NCBI GenBank assembly: GCA_965240325.2
Contig: OZ251237.1
Coordinates: 1,178,001 to 1,242,000 of the forward strand
Direction: 5' to 3'
DNA from: Rebecca billardiae RCC1528
Lineage: Eukaryota; Protista; Haptophyta
DNA length: 64,000 nucleotides
Positions 41,318 through 53,518 of the stretch are shown piece by piece. Position 1 is the stretch's first letter; every line of letters starts with the position of its first letter. The position numbers and the translations under genes are program-made. The notes below the pieces were generated by a model. It worked only from the letters and a program-made list of their open reading frames with translations, was not told the DNA's origin and did no database searches.

Positions 41318-43722
41318 CTCGGGCCGGGGGTTTGGTGGTAAGGATTTTCCGAAAAATCGGCCGCCGGTTTTTCGGAAAATCGCGGGACTGTGGCGGACGC
41401 GATCCATGCCGCACGACGGTGATGGCCGCGCCGGGGGAGGACGCGGGACCGGAGGTGCAGCAGGCCGCAGCTGCGATTGTTGCGTTGATGGGACGGGCGG
41501 CGCGGCGGCCAATACCCCGGCCCATGATCCGGGCGATACCCGGATGTCGAGACCGGGGCACAAGTTCCCGAGCGGGTGCCGTACAGTAGGAGAATCAGCA
41601 CCTGCTCACACGTAGCGAGCATTGCCCTTGGTCTTGTTCGCACGGGGATCGATCTGGCCCACAGCTTCGCGATGCTGCGCGCTGTGGGCCAGGTGATGCA
41701 GGCTTTCCAGATCGCCGAACTCAAGAGGACTGCTCGCACTGCCAAGGCTTGGGCCTGTACCGCGGTGGTGCTTGGCGGACCTCGGATCCAAAGCCACAGC
41801 TGTGGTTTGACCTCGCGGGCGTACAAGGCAAGACTGTATGGTCGCAAGGCCATCGATGTGAACGTGTGCACGGCGCCACTCTGCCATGCTTCAACTCGCC
41901 TGGGTCGAGCTGAGGGCAATCATTCGTGCCCGGAGCATCTGTCAGGCGCGCGTGCATGCATGCGCGCTGCGCGCCGCTGCTGCGGCCCGCGGCTACAGCT
42001 CCTGTCACCTTAGCAGATATCTAATGTTGACCACCCCTTTGCGCATCCTGAAGTAGGCCGTGGCAGGTGGGCCTTCCGCGACTGCGCCCATCGTCATCAT
42101 GTCGCCGTGATCATCTGTCAGCAGCTGATCGTCTGAGAGTCGTCTGCAGCTTGTCAGACTGTCCCCCCGTCCGGGCCCGGGGCGTCAGGCTCAGGCTGCT
42201 TTCCTCAGCGCAGCGTCGCCTTGGCGCCCTCAACTGCAGGCCAATCGCGTCAGGTGGCAGCGGGGGCAGCATGACGAACGCTGAGTCGACGATTGCGAGC
42301 TTTCCTGCTGGCGCCTCGCCCGCCGCTTCGCCCCGCAGCACTCGCAGGGATGACTGCCGGCAGCGCGCGCAGCTCTGAGCTCACCGGCGATCAGCGCGCG
42401 CAGCTCATTCGCACGCTGACCGGTGAGCGTGCCCGCGCCCATCGCGCGGTCGAACGCGGCGTAGGCCGAGGGCAATGCGGCTTTCCGCACGCACGTGTGC
42501 GTCGCCAAGCCCCGCGCGAGCTCGAGCCACACGCCGCGTGCAACGGCAGCTCAACCGCATCACGCATGAGGCGGCACGCGATAGAACGCAGAGGTCGGTG
42601 AGGCTTTCAGAGCGGCGCTCACTGAGGCGGCTTGCGCAGGGCGTAGCTCGGCGAAGCGCTACGGTAGATGAATACCTGCCCCCGAGACGCAAGCCACGAC
42701 ATGTCTGTCAACTGGGACAGCACACTGAGGGAAGCATCAGCTGCGAGGTCAGGGTGTCTACTGCCAGACGTCTGCCAGTAGAACACCTCGCGCCCCACCT
42801 TCGTGCCAGCTGGGCGGAGCAGGTAGCAGCAAGAGTTCGCGCAGTACGGTATGGCAGCGTCCACGAACGGCGAGAGGGTCGCCCAACCGCCATGTACTTG
42901 GATTGAGAGCTCGGCGCATGCGTTGAACGATAGGAATTGTCCTCCTGCGTGGACGGCAGCTTGCGCGCCTGCTTCCCGGCGGCGGGAGCAAGCACGACGG
43001 TGGCGCACGCAACAAGGATCGACACCACGCTCATGGCGAATGTCTGCCGTCCTCCGCCTCGCCTCTCGCATCCGATTTGCGGCCGATTCGGCGACGTGCA
43101 GATGGGCGGCATAAAGACTGGCCGATGTGGCGACACTCCCATAGCTTTTCCTGACGGCCCGAGGTACGAGTGGTCGTTGCCCGCAAAACTGCACGAAAAG
43201 AAACATTTTGCCACGTTTGCGGAAATGGCGGGGCTCCCGGCCGCTCTGCCGCTAACTTCGCCCGCTGGCAGGCGCAGTGGGAGCCGACCACTCGTACCTT
43301 CGGCCGTCAGACAGGAGGTCGTGTACCGCCCGCGCGCCGCGGCCTCGCACGGCGCGGAGAGGCCGCTCCAGGGGGCGGCATCCGCTTGGGCGCGGTCCAT
43401 CTTGACGCCCTCGAGGGGCCCACAGCGCCTAACGCCCCTGCACGCTTCACCTCGCCGTGCGGGAGCGCGTTCAAAACGGCCTCCATCCTGAGGTCCATCA
43501 GCGGCCAGTCTTTATGGCGCAGCCTCGCGGCCTGGTGAGCCATATGAGCGCCCGCTCCCAAGTACCCGTAAGGTATTGACACATAGGAGCCGGCTTCATA
43601 GGCGACTCGCCTTTGAATAGCAGCTGCCTTCATAGGTGCGCGCTCAAAATAGCGCACGCCGACGAAGCTGAAACAGTTTGTCAAAGTGACAAACTTCGCT
43701 ACACCCATACCCCCGGCCCGAG
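41318..43722. mobile_element. TA-flanked TIR element (family E), ~2.4 kb, no recognisable transposase
   Basis: TA-CTCGGGCCGGGGGTTTGG ... CCATACCCCCGGCCCGAG-TA; near-perfect 39-bp palindrome at 41343-41381 just inside the left TIR; interior less GC-rich than the genes. Confidence 0.7.
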
Positions 43723-43806
43723 TAGCTGTGTTGGAGTGTCGAGATCTACATCATCACGGTTTGTTCTGCCGTGCAGTCCACAAGCACCATCAGCCCAGGC
43801 ATCGGG

Positions 43807-45893
43807 ATGGAGTCCACGCGCGGCGCGGCGCTGCGCGATTTCGCGCCGTCAGCGGCGTTCGTCTGCCTCGAGGCGTTCGCCGCCCTCAGCTCAGATGCGC
43901 TCCTCCACCACATCGTGCGCGACATCGGCGCCACACCCGCCGCTACGGCGGTCGCACTCGGCGCGAGCTACTTTGCGGGGCGCGGCATTTCGCAGCTGCT
44001 CGCTCCAGCCTACCTGGCAGCGCTCGAGCCCCACCGGCTGCTCGAGGTGAGTGCGCTGCTCTTTGGCGTCCTCGCCGTCTGGCTCGCGTGCGTGCCCTCG
44101 CTCTTGCAAGTCGCAGCCGCCCGCTTTGCCCTCGGCATCGCAGCTGGCTCGAGCGAGGCCAACCTTCTGGCCATGCCGACAGCGTGCGCGCACACGGGGC
44201 GCCAACGCCCGTACGCGCTGTACATCGCGCACATGAGCGCGCTCGTCGGCTTCGCCTTCGCGCAGGCGCCCTTCGCCGCGCTCTGCAGCTCCCTCGGCTG
44301 GCGGCACGCGGTCCTGCTCGCGTGCACACTGCCTGGTGTCGTGATCCTGGCCGCGACGCGCGTGCTGCGCGTGTGGATGCCGCCGCGGGGCCGGCCCGTG
44401 GACGCGACAGCAGCGGGCGGCACGGGCGGCGGCTCCCTCTCCTTCCCGTCCGACTGGGTGGGCGCCGCGCTCGCGCAGGCGCGGAAGCTCAACTTCGCCG
44501 TCCGGCCGGTCGCAGCCATGGCGGTGGCCACACAGACGCCCCTGCACCTGCTCGGAGCGGGCTGGGGTGTGCTCATGCTCCGCGAGGGGCTCGGTGCGCG
44601 CGCGCGCGCGCGCGCGAGCCGGCCTCTGCTGCGTCGTGCCTGCGCCGCCCGGCGCGTGCGCGCGTGGCGCTTTGCCCCGCCCTGCGCGCGCGCGCATCGA
44701 CTCACGCACACGCCGTGCTCGCTCCGCCCGCTGCCACCGGCTGCGGCTGCGCGGGCGCCCCGCCGCCGCGGCCGTCCGTGTGCGCTGTCACGTCTGCTCG
44801 ACGCCTCGGCGCAGGCTGGTCAGCGTTGCTGGCGCTGTGCGCTACCACGCTGCTGCCACTCGGGGCGGTGGCGGGCGCGTGCAGCGTGGTGGCGGCGCCG
44901 AGCACATCGCGCGCCGGCGAGCAGTGCATCCCGCTCGGTGAGAGCGTCGCGCAGCGCGCGCGGCTGCGACTGACTGCGGCCGACTGCAGCGCGCTGGCAC
45001 ACCGCCGCCCCGCCTCTCGCGCCTCTCGGGCGCCCACCGGCGTGGAGCCCACGCGCCCGCCCCCCTCTCTCGCCCTCGCGCACGCACGCCTGCCCGCCCG
45101 CGCGCCCGCAGGAGCCTTCCTGCTCTGCTCTGAGGTGGGTCTGATCTTGCTTCTCATCTCAGATGGCGGGCTTGCGGTCTGCGCTGGGCTGCTCGGGGTG
45201 GGCGCGGCGCACGGCGGCGCGCTGCTGCTGACGTGCATCGCCGCGAGCCTGGTGCTGCCCACCATGCGGCCGGCGGTCGCGGCGGTGATTGGCGCGTCCG
45301 TCTCGGCCGTCGACTGCGCTCTGCTGCTGCTCACACCGGCGGTGCTCGGTGGCATCCCACCTGTCGCTCACGGCGACGAAGCGAGCGTGCCGGTGTGGCG
45401 CGTGCGCGCGCCGAGCGCCGCTCCGCTGCTGCTCATCGCCCTGGTGGCGCTCGGCGGCGGCTGCGCGCTCGGCGCGCTGTGGCGGATGCTGCGCGCACCG
45501 GAGACGCTCGAATCCGCGCTGATCGCGAGCGCGGAGGTGGGCGACGCGCAGGAGGTGGACAGTGCGCGCGCGCGCCTCCTCAGCGCCACTGGCGAGGAGG
45601 GGCAGACTCGGCGCTCCAACACCGGCGCCGCGGTCGACCTCACGCTCGCCCCTGAGCTCATCGCGCACGCGCAGCCAGTCTCCTCGCCCGAGACGGCGCA
45701 AGATGTGCGCCAGAAAGGCTCGATCGAGACGATGAGCACAATCACCGGCGCCACGCCCCCGAAGCCGTACGACATCGAGAAGCTGCTCCTAGCCCAGCGG
45801 CAGGCGCGGCACAGTGGGCACGGCTCCGGCTCAGACAGCCCGCGCAGCGAACGTGCCTCGCCGATCCAGCCGCGCGCGCCGGCCGGGCGGTGA
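43807..45893 (+). CDS. Major facilitator superfamily transporter; introns 44594-44814 and 44938-45111
   Basis: Multiple TM helices; YFAGRGISQLL, AARFALGIAAG (MFS motif B-like), LGWRHAVLL; GT-AG introns restore frame. Confidence 0.7.
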
Positions 45894-46298
45894 GCCGCGT
45901 GCTACGTCGTAGTAACAGTGTCAGCACTCTACTAGTGTCATCAGTGCTGCCCGCGCTGCTCATCGTATAACGGACAACGGTGTGGAGCCGCAGCGTGAGC
46001 GTCCGTGACCGGTGACCCGGTTCGGACGGACAGTCGACACCGTCATCACTATACGCGGTCAGTGATATTGGCTCACTACTCGTCGTAACTCCGAAGTTTC
46101 AGGCCAGTCAACAGTGCCATGATGTCACACTGTCACTGAGTCACTACTCACAGACTATGTGTTCCGCTCAGCGCCGTCCCGTCGCCGCCGCCATGCGGCC
46201 TGCGGGCGCCTCGGCCTGGCGGGATTGATGCCGTCGGGTGATGGCAGCAGCTCACCATCGCGTAGCCGATGATGCCGGCGCGGCAAGTGCTCTCGAGC

Positions 46299-47162
46299 TC
46301 AGCTCACGGCACGGCCGTTGCCCACAGAAGCGGGCGCCTGACGCTTCTCCAGCTCGGCGCGCAGCGAGGCGTGCACGGCTGCAGCGTGCGCGCAGCCATC
46401 CCTCAGCACGAGCTTGAGCTCCTCGCGCGGGACGGATTCGGGCCCGGCTGTCACGATGGTGACGATCGCGCCGTCCGCATTGGTCCCGATGCTCACACTC
46501 GACGAGGCGCACCGCTCCTCCTGCGCCGTGCAGTCCACCACGCGCGCGCCGCCGATCATCGCGACCGTGCAGAAGAGCGGCACGCCCCGCGTGTCCAGCG
46601 CCGTCGACTCAGTCAGGTCCTCGTCGAGCTCGAAGGCGGTCTTCTCGCCGCCACCCTCGTCCGGCGCGGCGCTGACGCGCGGCAGCCTGGTGTCCGCAAG
46701 CGCCGCGGCCACCGCGAGCGAGCTCGCGTCGAGCAGCGCGCCGTCCGCGTGCTGCACGTGCAAGCTGATCAGCAGCTCCCAACACTGCTCGCCCTCCACG
46801 ATGCACAGCTGGTCGAGGCGCAAGCCGCACCCTTTGGGCGCGAGGAGCTGGAGCAGCGAGCGTTGCAAGCGCGCCGCGTCGAAAGACGCGCGCGCGCCGC
46901 CCGCCTCCACGTGGACGTCCACGCGCCCGTCGCGCGGCCTATCGGCCGGAGGCGAGCCGATCTGCGCACAAACCGCCGCAGTCACAGTCGTGCCGCCCAC
47001 GCGCAGCTCGGCCGAGCCACTCGCGTGGTACAGCTCGCCGAGGCGCAGGTGGGCGTATCGGCGGTCCAGGCATGCACGCCCGTCGCCGCGTAGCCCGCCC
47101 GCGCAGCCCGCGGCGATGAACTCCGCCTCCGCGACCGACACGTGGGCCTCGGTCGACGCCAT
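46299..47162 (-). CDS. RRP42: Exosome complex component RRP42 (EXOSC7), RNase PH family
   Basis: VSVAEAEFIAAG..GLRGDGR..LD.R, ASGSAELRVGGT.V, LCIVEGEQCWELLI, DGALLDA..LA..AAL.DTRLP, VVDCTAQEE. Confidence 0.88.
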   Translation of the reverse strand: MASTEAHVSVAEAEFIAAGCAGGLRGDGRACLDRRYAHLRLGELYHASGSAELRVGGTTVTAAVCAQIGSPPADRPRDGRVDVHVEAGGARASFDAARLQRSLLQLLAPKGCGLRLDQLCIVEGEQCWELLISLHVQHADGALLDASSLAVAAALADTRLPRVSAAPDEGGGEKTAFELDEDLTESTALDTRGVPLFCTVAMIGGARVVDCTAQEERCASSSVSIGTNADGAIVTIVTAGPESVPREELKLVLRDGCAHAAAVHASLRAELEKRQAPASVGNGRAVS

Positions 47163-47470
47163 GCTGCTGCTCGCGCGCAGGCACAGCGCAGTAGCGCACG
47201 CGCAGACGTCGGCTATTTCGGGCCCGCGCACGCGCACTGTCGCAGCCGATGACTGCCGTTCGTGACTTCAGACTATGGCGAAACGTTCCCGCAACGGATC
47301 TCAAGTGATCAACAGCTTTCCCCGCCGGCCACGGCCCCGACCGGTGCTGGCCGTGGAGCAGAGCTGCTGCAGTGGGCAGGAGAGCACCGTGGTGAGCAGG
47401 CAACTCCCGGCAACGCGCCGACGCTCAGCTTATCAGTCCCGCACGTGGGCGACGACCACCCGCAGCCGCC

Positions 47471-47906
47471 ATGGCGGACCGGCGTATGGAGGACCTCATC
47501 CCTAGCGGGCAGGACGTCCGGCCTGACAGCGACCTTCTCGACATCCTCTCGGCGACGACGGGCAACTTTGACGTTATGGCGGAGGAGGAGCGCCTGGCAG
47601 AGGAGCGCGAGCGCGAGGCGCGCCTCAAAGTGCAGGCGCTTGGGCGGTGGACCGAGATCGCGGGCGCCAGTCTTGGTACGTGCGCCTCGCTCACCGACGC
47701 GCCTCAGCCTCGCCGCCTGGGCCGGCACCGCGCACTCATTCCCGCGTCATCTCCATTTCCCAATGCGACTGCGCGGCCCCGCAGTGCAACAGGAAGCGCG
47801 GAACCCGACGCTCCAGGACCTCGCGAGCAAAATCCGCGAGCTGACTCGAGAGAAGCATCGGCTGTACCGGTCGATACACACGAGGCAGGCATTGCTCTTT
47901 GGTTGA
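47471..47906 (+). CDS. Small hypothetical coiled-coil protein (~108 aa); intron 47676-47784
   Basis: EEERLAEEREREARLK; GTACG...CCCGCAG intron joins to VQQEARNPTLQDLASKIRELTREKHRL...FG*. Confidence 0.5.
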
Positions 47907-48533
47907 GGCATGCGCACTCGGTGTGTCCTTTCATTATTCTTCATGTATTGATGCTCTGGTTGTCCAAGCTTGTCACGCTCTAAGTTCATCGCGGAGAAGT
48001 CCCTCACTGCTACTGGGACTTGCCGGCGCGTGCCACGCCCGACGGCGTGGAGCCTCGTACCAAGGGCCCTTGCTCGTACGGAGCCAACGAGGGAATAAGC
48101 CCCGGGTCCCGGAGCGGATTCGAGGTACTTGGCCAAGTTACTAATAATGAGTAATCATGGCTAATGGTTCATTGACAGTTCACTTGTTGTCTCACTCACT
48201 GTCTCATGTCTGTCCGTGATCGGACATCATCTATAGTATAATAATTAATATGAAGTTTGGCGCGCCGGTATTATAAATTTAAATTCTTCAGCTGCCTGCG
48301 GAACTTTTATTACTTTACGCGCCACGGACCGAGCCAGGAGGCGCCGCCCAGACGGCACGTGTACAGGCAATCGCGGGCAATAAGAAGTCAGAGATCTCAC
48401 GGCTAGCCTCGGTTTCTTAGCCGTTCGGTAGCCCGAGCGCCTACGGAGTCTCAGTTTCTTAGCTAGGTCCGCCCGCCGCGCAGGCGCGGGGGGCGCAGGG
48501 GCGGGCAGAGGGCCCCCGCTGAGTCTTTAGGCC

Positions 48534-49375
48534 CTGGCTAGTTCAGACCCGCCGCTCCTTTTGGGAGGCCGCTCCGCGGCCCCGCGGAGCGGCTAGCGAT
48601 ATCCAGTGGAAAAGCGTTTCGGTCTTCCCGTGCGTGAAATCCGGATTCGCGGAGTTCAGACCGCGTTGAACCTGATTTGCAGGCGGTTTGCCGTGTTCGC
48701 CGTCATGCTGGCAGGCATGCTGCCCGTGCCCATCGCGCCGCGCAGATCGCCGGTACCGCCCGCCCAGATTGTTGGCTGGTGGTGCAGCGCGGTGCGGCGT
48801 GGCACATGCTATCTTTGGGTCTCATCCGACGGCGATAAGGGCCGCCCACCCCGCCCTGCTCCACTTGTACGTGCACACGGACACAAGGTAGAACGGGCCA
48901 TGGAACAGTGTGAGACGTGTGGCCGAAAAAGAGGGCTGGCCCCTCCGCGCTCGCACACGGGTAGCCACTCAGCTCACGGTACACATTGTCACCCCCCATG
49001 CCAGCCACTCAAAAGTGTTGCCCGCGAAGGTTTTGCGAGGTGCCCGGCCACGCGTACGCGCGGTGCCCCACAGACCGCACTCTGGGACAGAAGCAGTGCG
49101 CGGCGAGCGCGAAGGGGGGGAGAGCACCGCTCACCAGGTGGAGGCGCCGGCGAAGAGGGATCCACGTCCATCCGACTCGCGCGAGAGCCGCGCGCGCGAC
49201 CGCCGACGCGTCACAGCCGCGAGCGCGACGGCGCGTCGGCACGCGGGCGGGCGGCACGCCGAGGCCCTCGTGGCCGGATCTCCTTTCAGGCCCTTGCTGG
49301 ACTTTCCCAGCCGCTCCGCACGGAGCAATTTATTGTTCGTGGGTACCACGAAACGGCTGGGTCTGAACCAGCCAG
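48534..49375. mobile_element. Nested non-autonomous TIR element (family C) with 9-bp TSD (Mutator-like)
   Basis: TSD CTTTAGGCC at 48525-48533 and 49376-49384, single in the empty copy; TIR CTGGCT(A/G)GTTCAGACCC. Confidence 0.88.
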
Positions 49376-49512
49376 CTTTAGGCCCGGCCGGCGAGGCCGA
49401 CGAAAATTTTGGGCCTTTTTGGAGCAAATCTGGCATGATGTTGCATGGATGCTGCGGTGCACTGGCCAGGAGTCAGTCATCAGGAGAAGTCGGGACTTGG
49501 CCTGTACTCGTA

Positions 49513-50509
49513 TCCCCTTACCGCAGTTCACTTTGCTTCGTATGGAAGCAAAGTTGACGGCGTCCGCTGAGGGCGCCCTGCGGCCAGTCAGGGCGCCTTT
49601 GGGCGCTGAACGCCGCATGACACTGTGCAGGCATGGTCTAGCTACCCTCAGACAGCCGCCAGACTGGTCCCTCCAGCTACAATGCCTCCACGATGGCATC
49701 GCGCGGCAGCGCGCCGAGCTGCCGTACGGGCGTGTCGTGCCCCGCCAGGCTGGCCGTGTGCCCGCGACACCCGGCTGCACGCCTTGCAGCTGCTTCAGGC
49801 AGGTAGGCGATCGGTCGAGATGGCTGTAGGCGGTGTACGTACTGCACGCGCTGGTCTGCGCGCGTTCACCTGACTCGTCGCGCTGAACTCACTCACCTGC
49901 CAGTCACGCGTGACACGCTTGGCGGCTTGCCGCACGCAGCAGCCGCAGGCCGCGCGCGCGGCGTGATTGCCGAGTGCAAGTCAGCCAGGAGCTCGGCGGG
50001 ATGGGCGGTCAGGTTTCTTCGTCTGTTTCGGTGTCGATCACATGCGCGACGCGCGCGCCCCGCTGCGCAAGTACACCCTCCTCATTGCCGACGTCACACA
50101 GGAAGCCGCATGATGGATCTCGAGCTCGGAGAGCAGCGTCCGAGCACCACAGGCACTGACTGGCAGCCCGAGAGCCGACCGGCGGGTGACGTCCTTCACC
50201 CCGCCTGAAGCGGTACCGCGTGCGGCACCATCCCGCAGCGATACGAGCACCTCAGAGGCGAACTGAGCACCCCTCAAAACTTTGCTTCTGGGCGTGCTCG
50301 AACACTCGTTTGGCACTCCGTTTGGACGCCGTGGCACCGGAGAAGGGGGAGGGCGGCGGCGATGAGGCTCGGGTGGCCCACGAACATGCTCACGAAGATG
50401 CCTCTCAGCCATCGCGCGCCCTCTCGCGGCGTCCACCTGCCCGCCGAGCACGCACCCGCGGGGGCGAACCCATCTTTGCTTCGTATAGAAGCAACCTGCG
50501 GTAAGGGGA
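49513..50509. mobile_element. Nested non-autonomous TIR element (family D) with TA TSD (Tc1/mariner-like target)
   Basis: TIR TCCCCTTACCGCAG / CTGCGGTAAGGGGA; TA duplicated relative to the empty site ACTCG-TA-GTCGG in 38159-38673; subterminal hairpin TTGCTTC-GTAT(G/A)-GAAGCAA at both ends. Confidence 0.88.
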
Positions 50510-51251
50510 TAGTCGGGCCGCGCGCCGCGTCCCCGACGGGCCGACTGCGCCTCGCCGCCCTCGCCCCTCGGCGGACCACTCGTCAGCCGGGACGACGTAG
50601 TCCCGGTTTCTTATTGTGACTATGCGTATAGCGAACCAGCCAATCGCTAGCCTCAGTTTCTAGGCCAGATCCGCAGATAGCAAGCCCCAGTTTCTTAACG
50701 TGACAGCTCCTTATTGCCCGCGATTGCCTGCCTAATAGCGTCTAACCGGCCCTGCGCGGCACTGACTGCTCATATTACTTATTAGTAATAACTCTATGAC
50801 GATTTAATACAGACACAGGCACGAGGGACAACTGTCAACGGGCGGCGCAGCGCTCGCTCCTGATAATTATTAATATTATATATTAGATTCGTCCGTGGCT
50901 AAGGCCGCGGGCCCCGCCGCCCGCCGTCGGGACACGGTCGGGTACTGCGCGGAGTCGGGCCGTCGGGTCGAAGCTTGCAGTGGCGCAGTGGTGTGCACTG
51001 GCATCACTGTCACTGGGTCAATGTCTGCACATGGCGTCTGAGCAGCCGTAACTCGGACCGGAATCCAGATGCTGCTGCTGCCAAGACAGTGTCTCAGACT
51101 ACGCCGCTGGCTCGGGCTGGCCCGGACGGTCAGATTCGGACGACATGCGCCCCGGGCCGTCGGAAGGCATGCACATGTCCTCAAGGCCCCAGCAAGCCGG
51201 CAGCACGGCGCTCGGCCGCTCTCCACACCGCTTCGCCAAGGCCGCACGCGC

Positions 51252-52643
51252 TCACATCTGCTCGATCATGCGCTCCACCAGCTTGAGCTGTGAGGGGTTG
51301 GACGCGTACGCAGCTTTGAGCTTGGTCACGGCGTGCTCGAACAGCTCGGCCGTCTGGCTCGCGCCGTCCTTCTCTCGCGTGCCCTTGCCCTTGGGCGCCG
51401 ACTGGCCGCTCAGGGAGGTGCCTGCGCTCATGGCGTGGCAGCACTGCGCGGCCGCAGCAGCGCACGCGCGCGAAGGACCAGTCAGCGGGGAGCGCGCACG
51501 AGCAGCTGGAGGGCCGCGCTGCGCACTCGCAGCGTGGCGCACGGCGCGGTGCGCACCATGAGTAGGCCGTACAGCGCGCGCGTGTTCCCGTGCGGGTTGA
51601 TGTTGAGCGAGTGCGCGAAGTACTTGCGTGCCGTCTTCACATCCGAGCCGCCGAGTGTGTAGAGCGTCTGCGACCGCCGGATGAGGCGCGCGCGCGCGAC
51701 AAGCGCCGCGGTGGCCGCGCGTGCGGCCGGCGTGGCATGCGAGCGCTGTCAAGGTGCGGCGCGCGGCGCGCGGCGGGCGCGCGCGGGCACGCGCACAGCA
51801 CGCGGCACGCCGCCGCCGCCCCGCGCGCCCGCCGCTCACCTCGGCGTACTTGCAGTGGAACAGCGCGTTCATCGGCGCGAGCAGCAGGATCTCCTCCCAG
51901 CAGAACGTCGCTTTCCTGTACTGCGCCTCCTGCGTGTACAGTTTCGTCAGCTCGAGCCACGCGTCGAGGTCGCCGGAGTAGGTGTCGAGGTACTCGACGA
52001 GCGCGGCAGCGGCGCCGGAGGTGTTGCCGCTCGACTGCATCACCGCCACGCGCCGCTTCATCACGTGCTGCGCGGCGCACGCGGCGGGTCCGTAGCTGGG
52101 CGTGAGCCACCCACGCAGCCAGCTCAGCGCACGTCCCCGCGGCTGTGGGCTCGCGGCGCGCGCACCGTGTTCGTGGGATCGTTGTCGATGATCGCGTCGT
52201 ATTTGACCAGGGCGTCCTTGAAGCTCCCGGCCGCCTCCGACATCATCGCCTCAAGGCAGCCCACGCGGTTCGACGACGGGAAGCGCGCGCGGAGCGCCTT
52301 CAGGCAGCGCTCGGCTGTGGGCATGTCCTTCAGATCGAGGGCGGCGGTGAAGACCTCCTCGTAAATGCTGTACACTGCGCGGCCGGAAGCGGCACCCCAT
52401 GCCCTCGCGTCGCGTGAGCCTCGCTCGTCGTCGCGTCGCGCGGCGCACACGCGTGCGCGCACTCGGGCGCATGCGCGCACATTCGATGGGTTTGAGGCCG
52501 GAGGCGTGCTTGCTCTCAAGGAGAGGCGCGCCAAAGCGCATGACCAAGTCCGGCCGCCGCTGCCGCTGCTTCCGCAGCTGCGAGATCGCCCGCAACGAGT
52601 GGCGCGCTCCCGCGAAGGCTTGGGACTCCAGCTCTTCCGCCAT
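51252..52643 (-). CDS. EMC2: ER membrane protein complex subunit 2 (TPR protein); introns 52375-52480, 52068-52165, 51668-51839, 51444-51556
   Basis: LYSIYEEVFTAALD, L.ARFPSSNRV..LEAM, DPTN, KRRVAV, YLDTY.GD.DAW.EL, A.FCWEEILL..P.N, YAE|TLYT, ARKYF, RALYGL. Confidence 0.92.
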
Positions 52644-52774
52644 CTTGCCGCGCGCCGCGATCCGATCGCGTGGGCGCCGCTGCGCCAGCCCTTGCACAGC
52701 AGCCCCCAAAAAGGAAAAGCACCGGGCGTGGAGAATTCACGAGTCACGACGCGGTAATTAGCAGCGCCATCACG

Positions 52775-53518
52775 ATGTTGGCGGTGCTCGTGGTGCTCGC
52801 GCATGCGCTCGTGGTGCCGCAGCCCCGCGTGGGCGCACGCCTACAGCCGGCGCGCTTACATCCGCCCGCCCAAGCCACCCCCCTGGCGGAGGCGGCATTC
52901 GCTCCTGGTGCACTCGCGGCGCTGTGTCTGCTGAGCGCGGCGCCGGCAGAGGCTGCTGACGCATTGCCGACGGCAGTGGTGGCGTACGGGCACTACCTCG
53001 GCGTCGTGGGCGCGGGCGTGTGCCTCGGTGCGCAACGCGCGATCATTCGCCAGGACATGTCCAAGGAGGACACCGAGCTGCTCGCACTCGCCACGAACGC
53101 GTACTCGCTCGCGCTGGTCACCACTGTGGCATCGGGGTATGCGCGTGTGGTCGAGTACGGCAAAGGCTGGGAGTTCTACTCGCACGAGCCGATATTCTGG
53201 GTCAAGATGGCCCTGACTGGCGTGCTTCTCGGCGCATCCGCCTTCCCTGCGGTGACGGTGCTCAAGAGCGCCTCCTCTGGAAAGCCTCTCTCTCCCGCGC
53301 TCGTGAAGCGCATGACGAGCGTCATCAACGCAGAGCTCCTCGCCATCGTCTCCATCCCCTTCGCGGCGACGCTGATGGCGCGCGGCGTACTGTACGCGCA
53401 GTGGTTTCCGTGGCCAGCTGGCTTGGCACCCGCAGCGCTCGCCTTCGCCGGCCTCAGCTTTAAGTATTCAAAGGAGGCGCTGACATGGACTGATCCCCAG
53501 TCGATGCCCAACGAGTGA
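52775..53518 (+). CDS. DUF2214-family membrane protein, probably plastid-targeted
   Basis: Bipartite-like N-terminus; AYGHYLG, SGYARVVEYGKGWEFYSHEPIFWVKM, S.FP, INAEL....IPFAATLMARG. Confidence 0.8.
   Translation: MLAVLVVLAHALVVPQPRVGARLQPARLHPPAQATPLAEAAFAPGALAALCLLSAAPAEAADALPTAVVAYGHYLGVVGAGVCLGAQRAIIRQDMSKEDTELLALATNAYSLALVTTVASGYARVVEYGKGWEFYSHEPIFWVKMALTGVLLGASAFPAVTVLKSASSGKPLSPALVKRMTSVINAELLAIVSIPFAATLMARGVLYAQWFPWPAGLAPAALAFAGLSFKYSKEALTWTDPQSMPNE

Larger units (their letters stand above)
48364..50730. mobile_element. MITE family B copy carrying two nested insertions
   Basis: Same TIRs and near-identical segments as 38159-38673, interrupted at two sites; right flank is CC rather than TA. 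Confidence 0.9.

Noticed and set aside
48606-49829. 407-aa ORF as MITE transposase
   Set aside because: Runs across the junctions of three separate nested elements and has no transposase motifs
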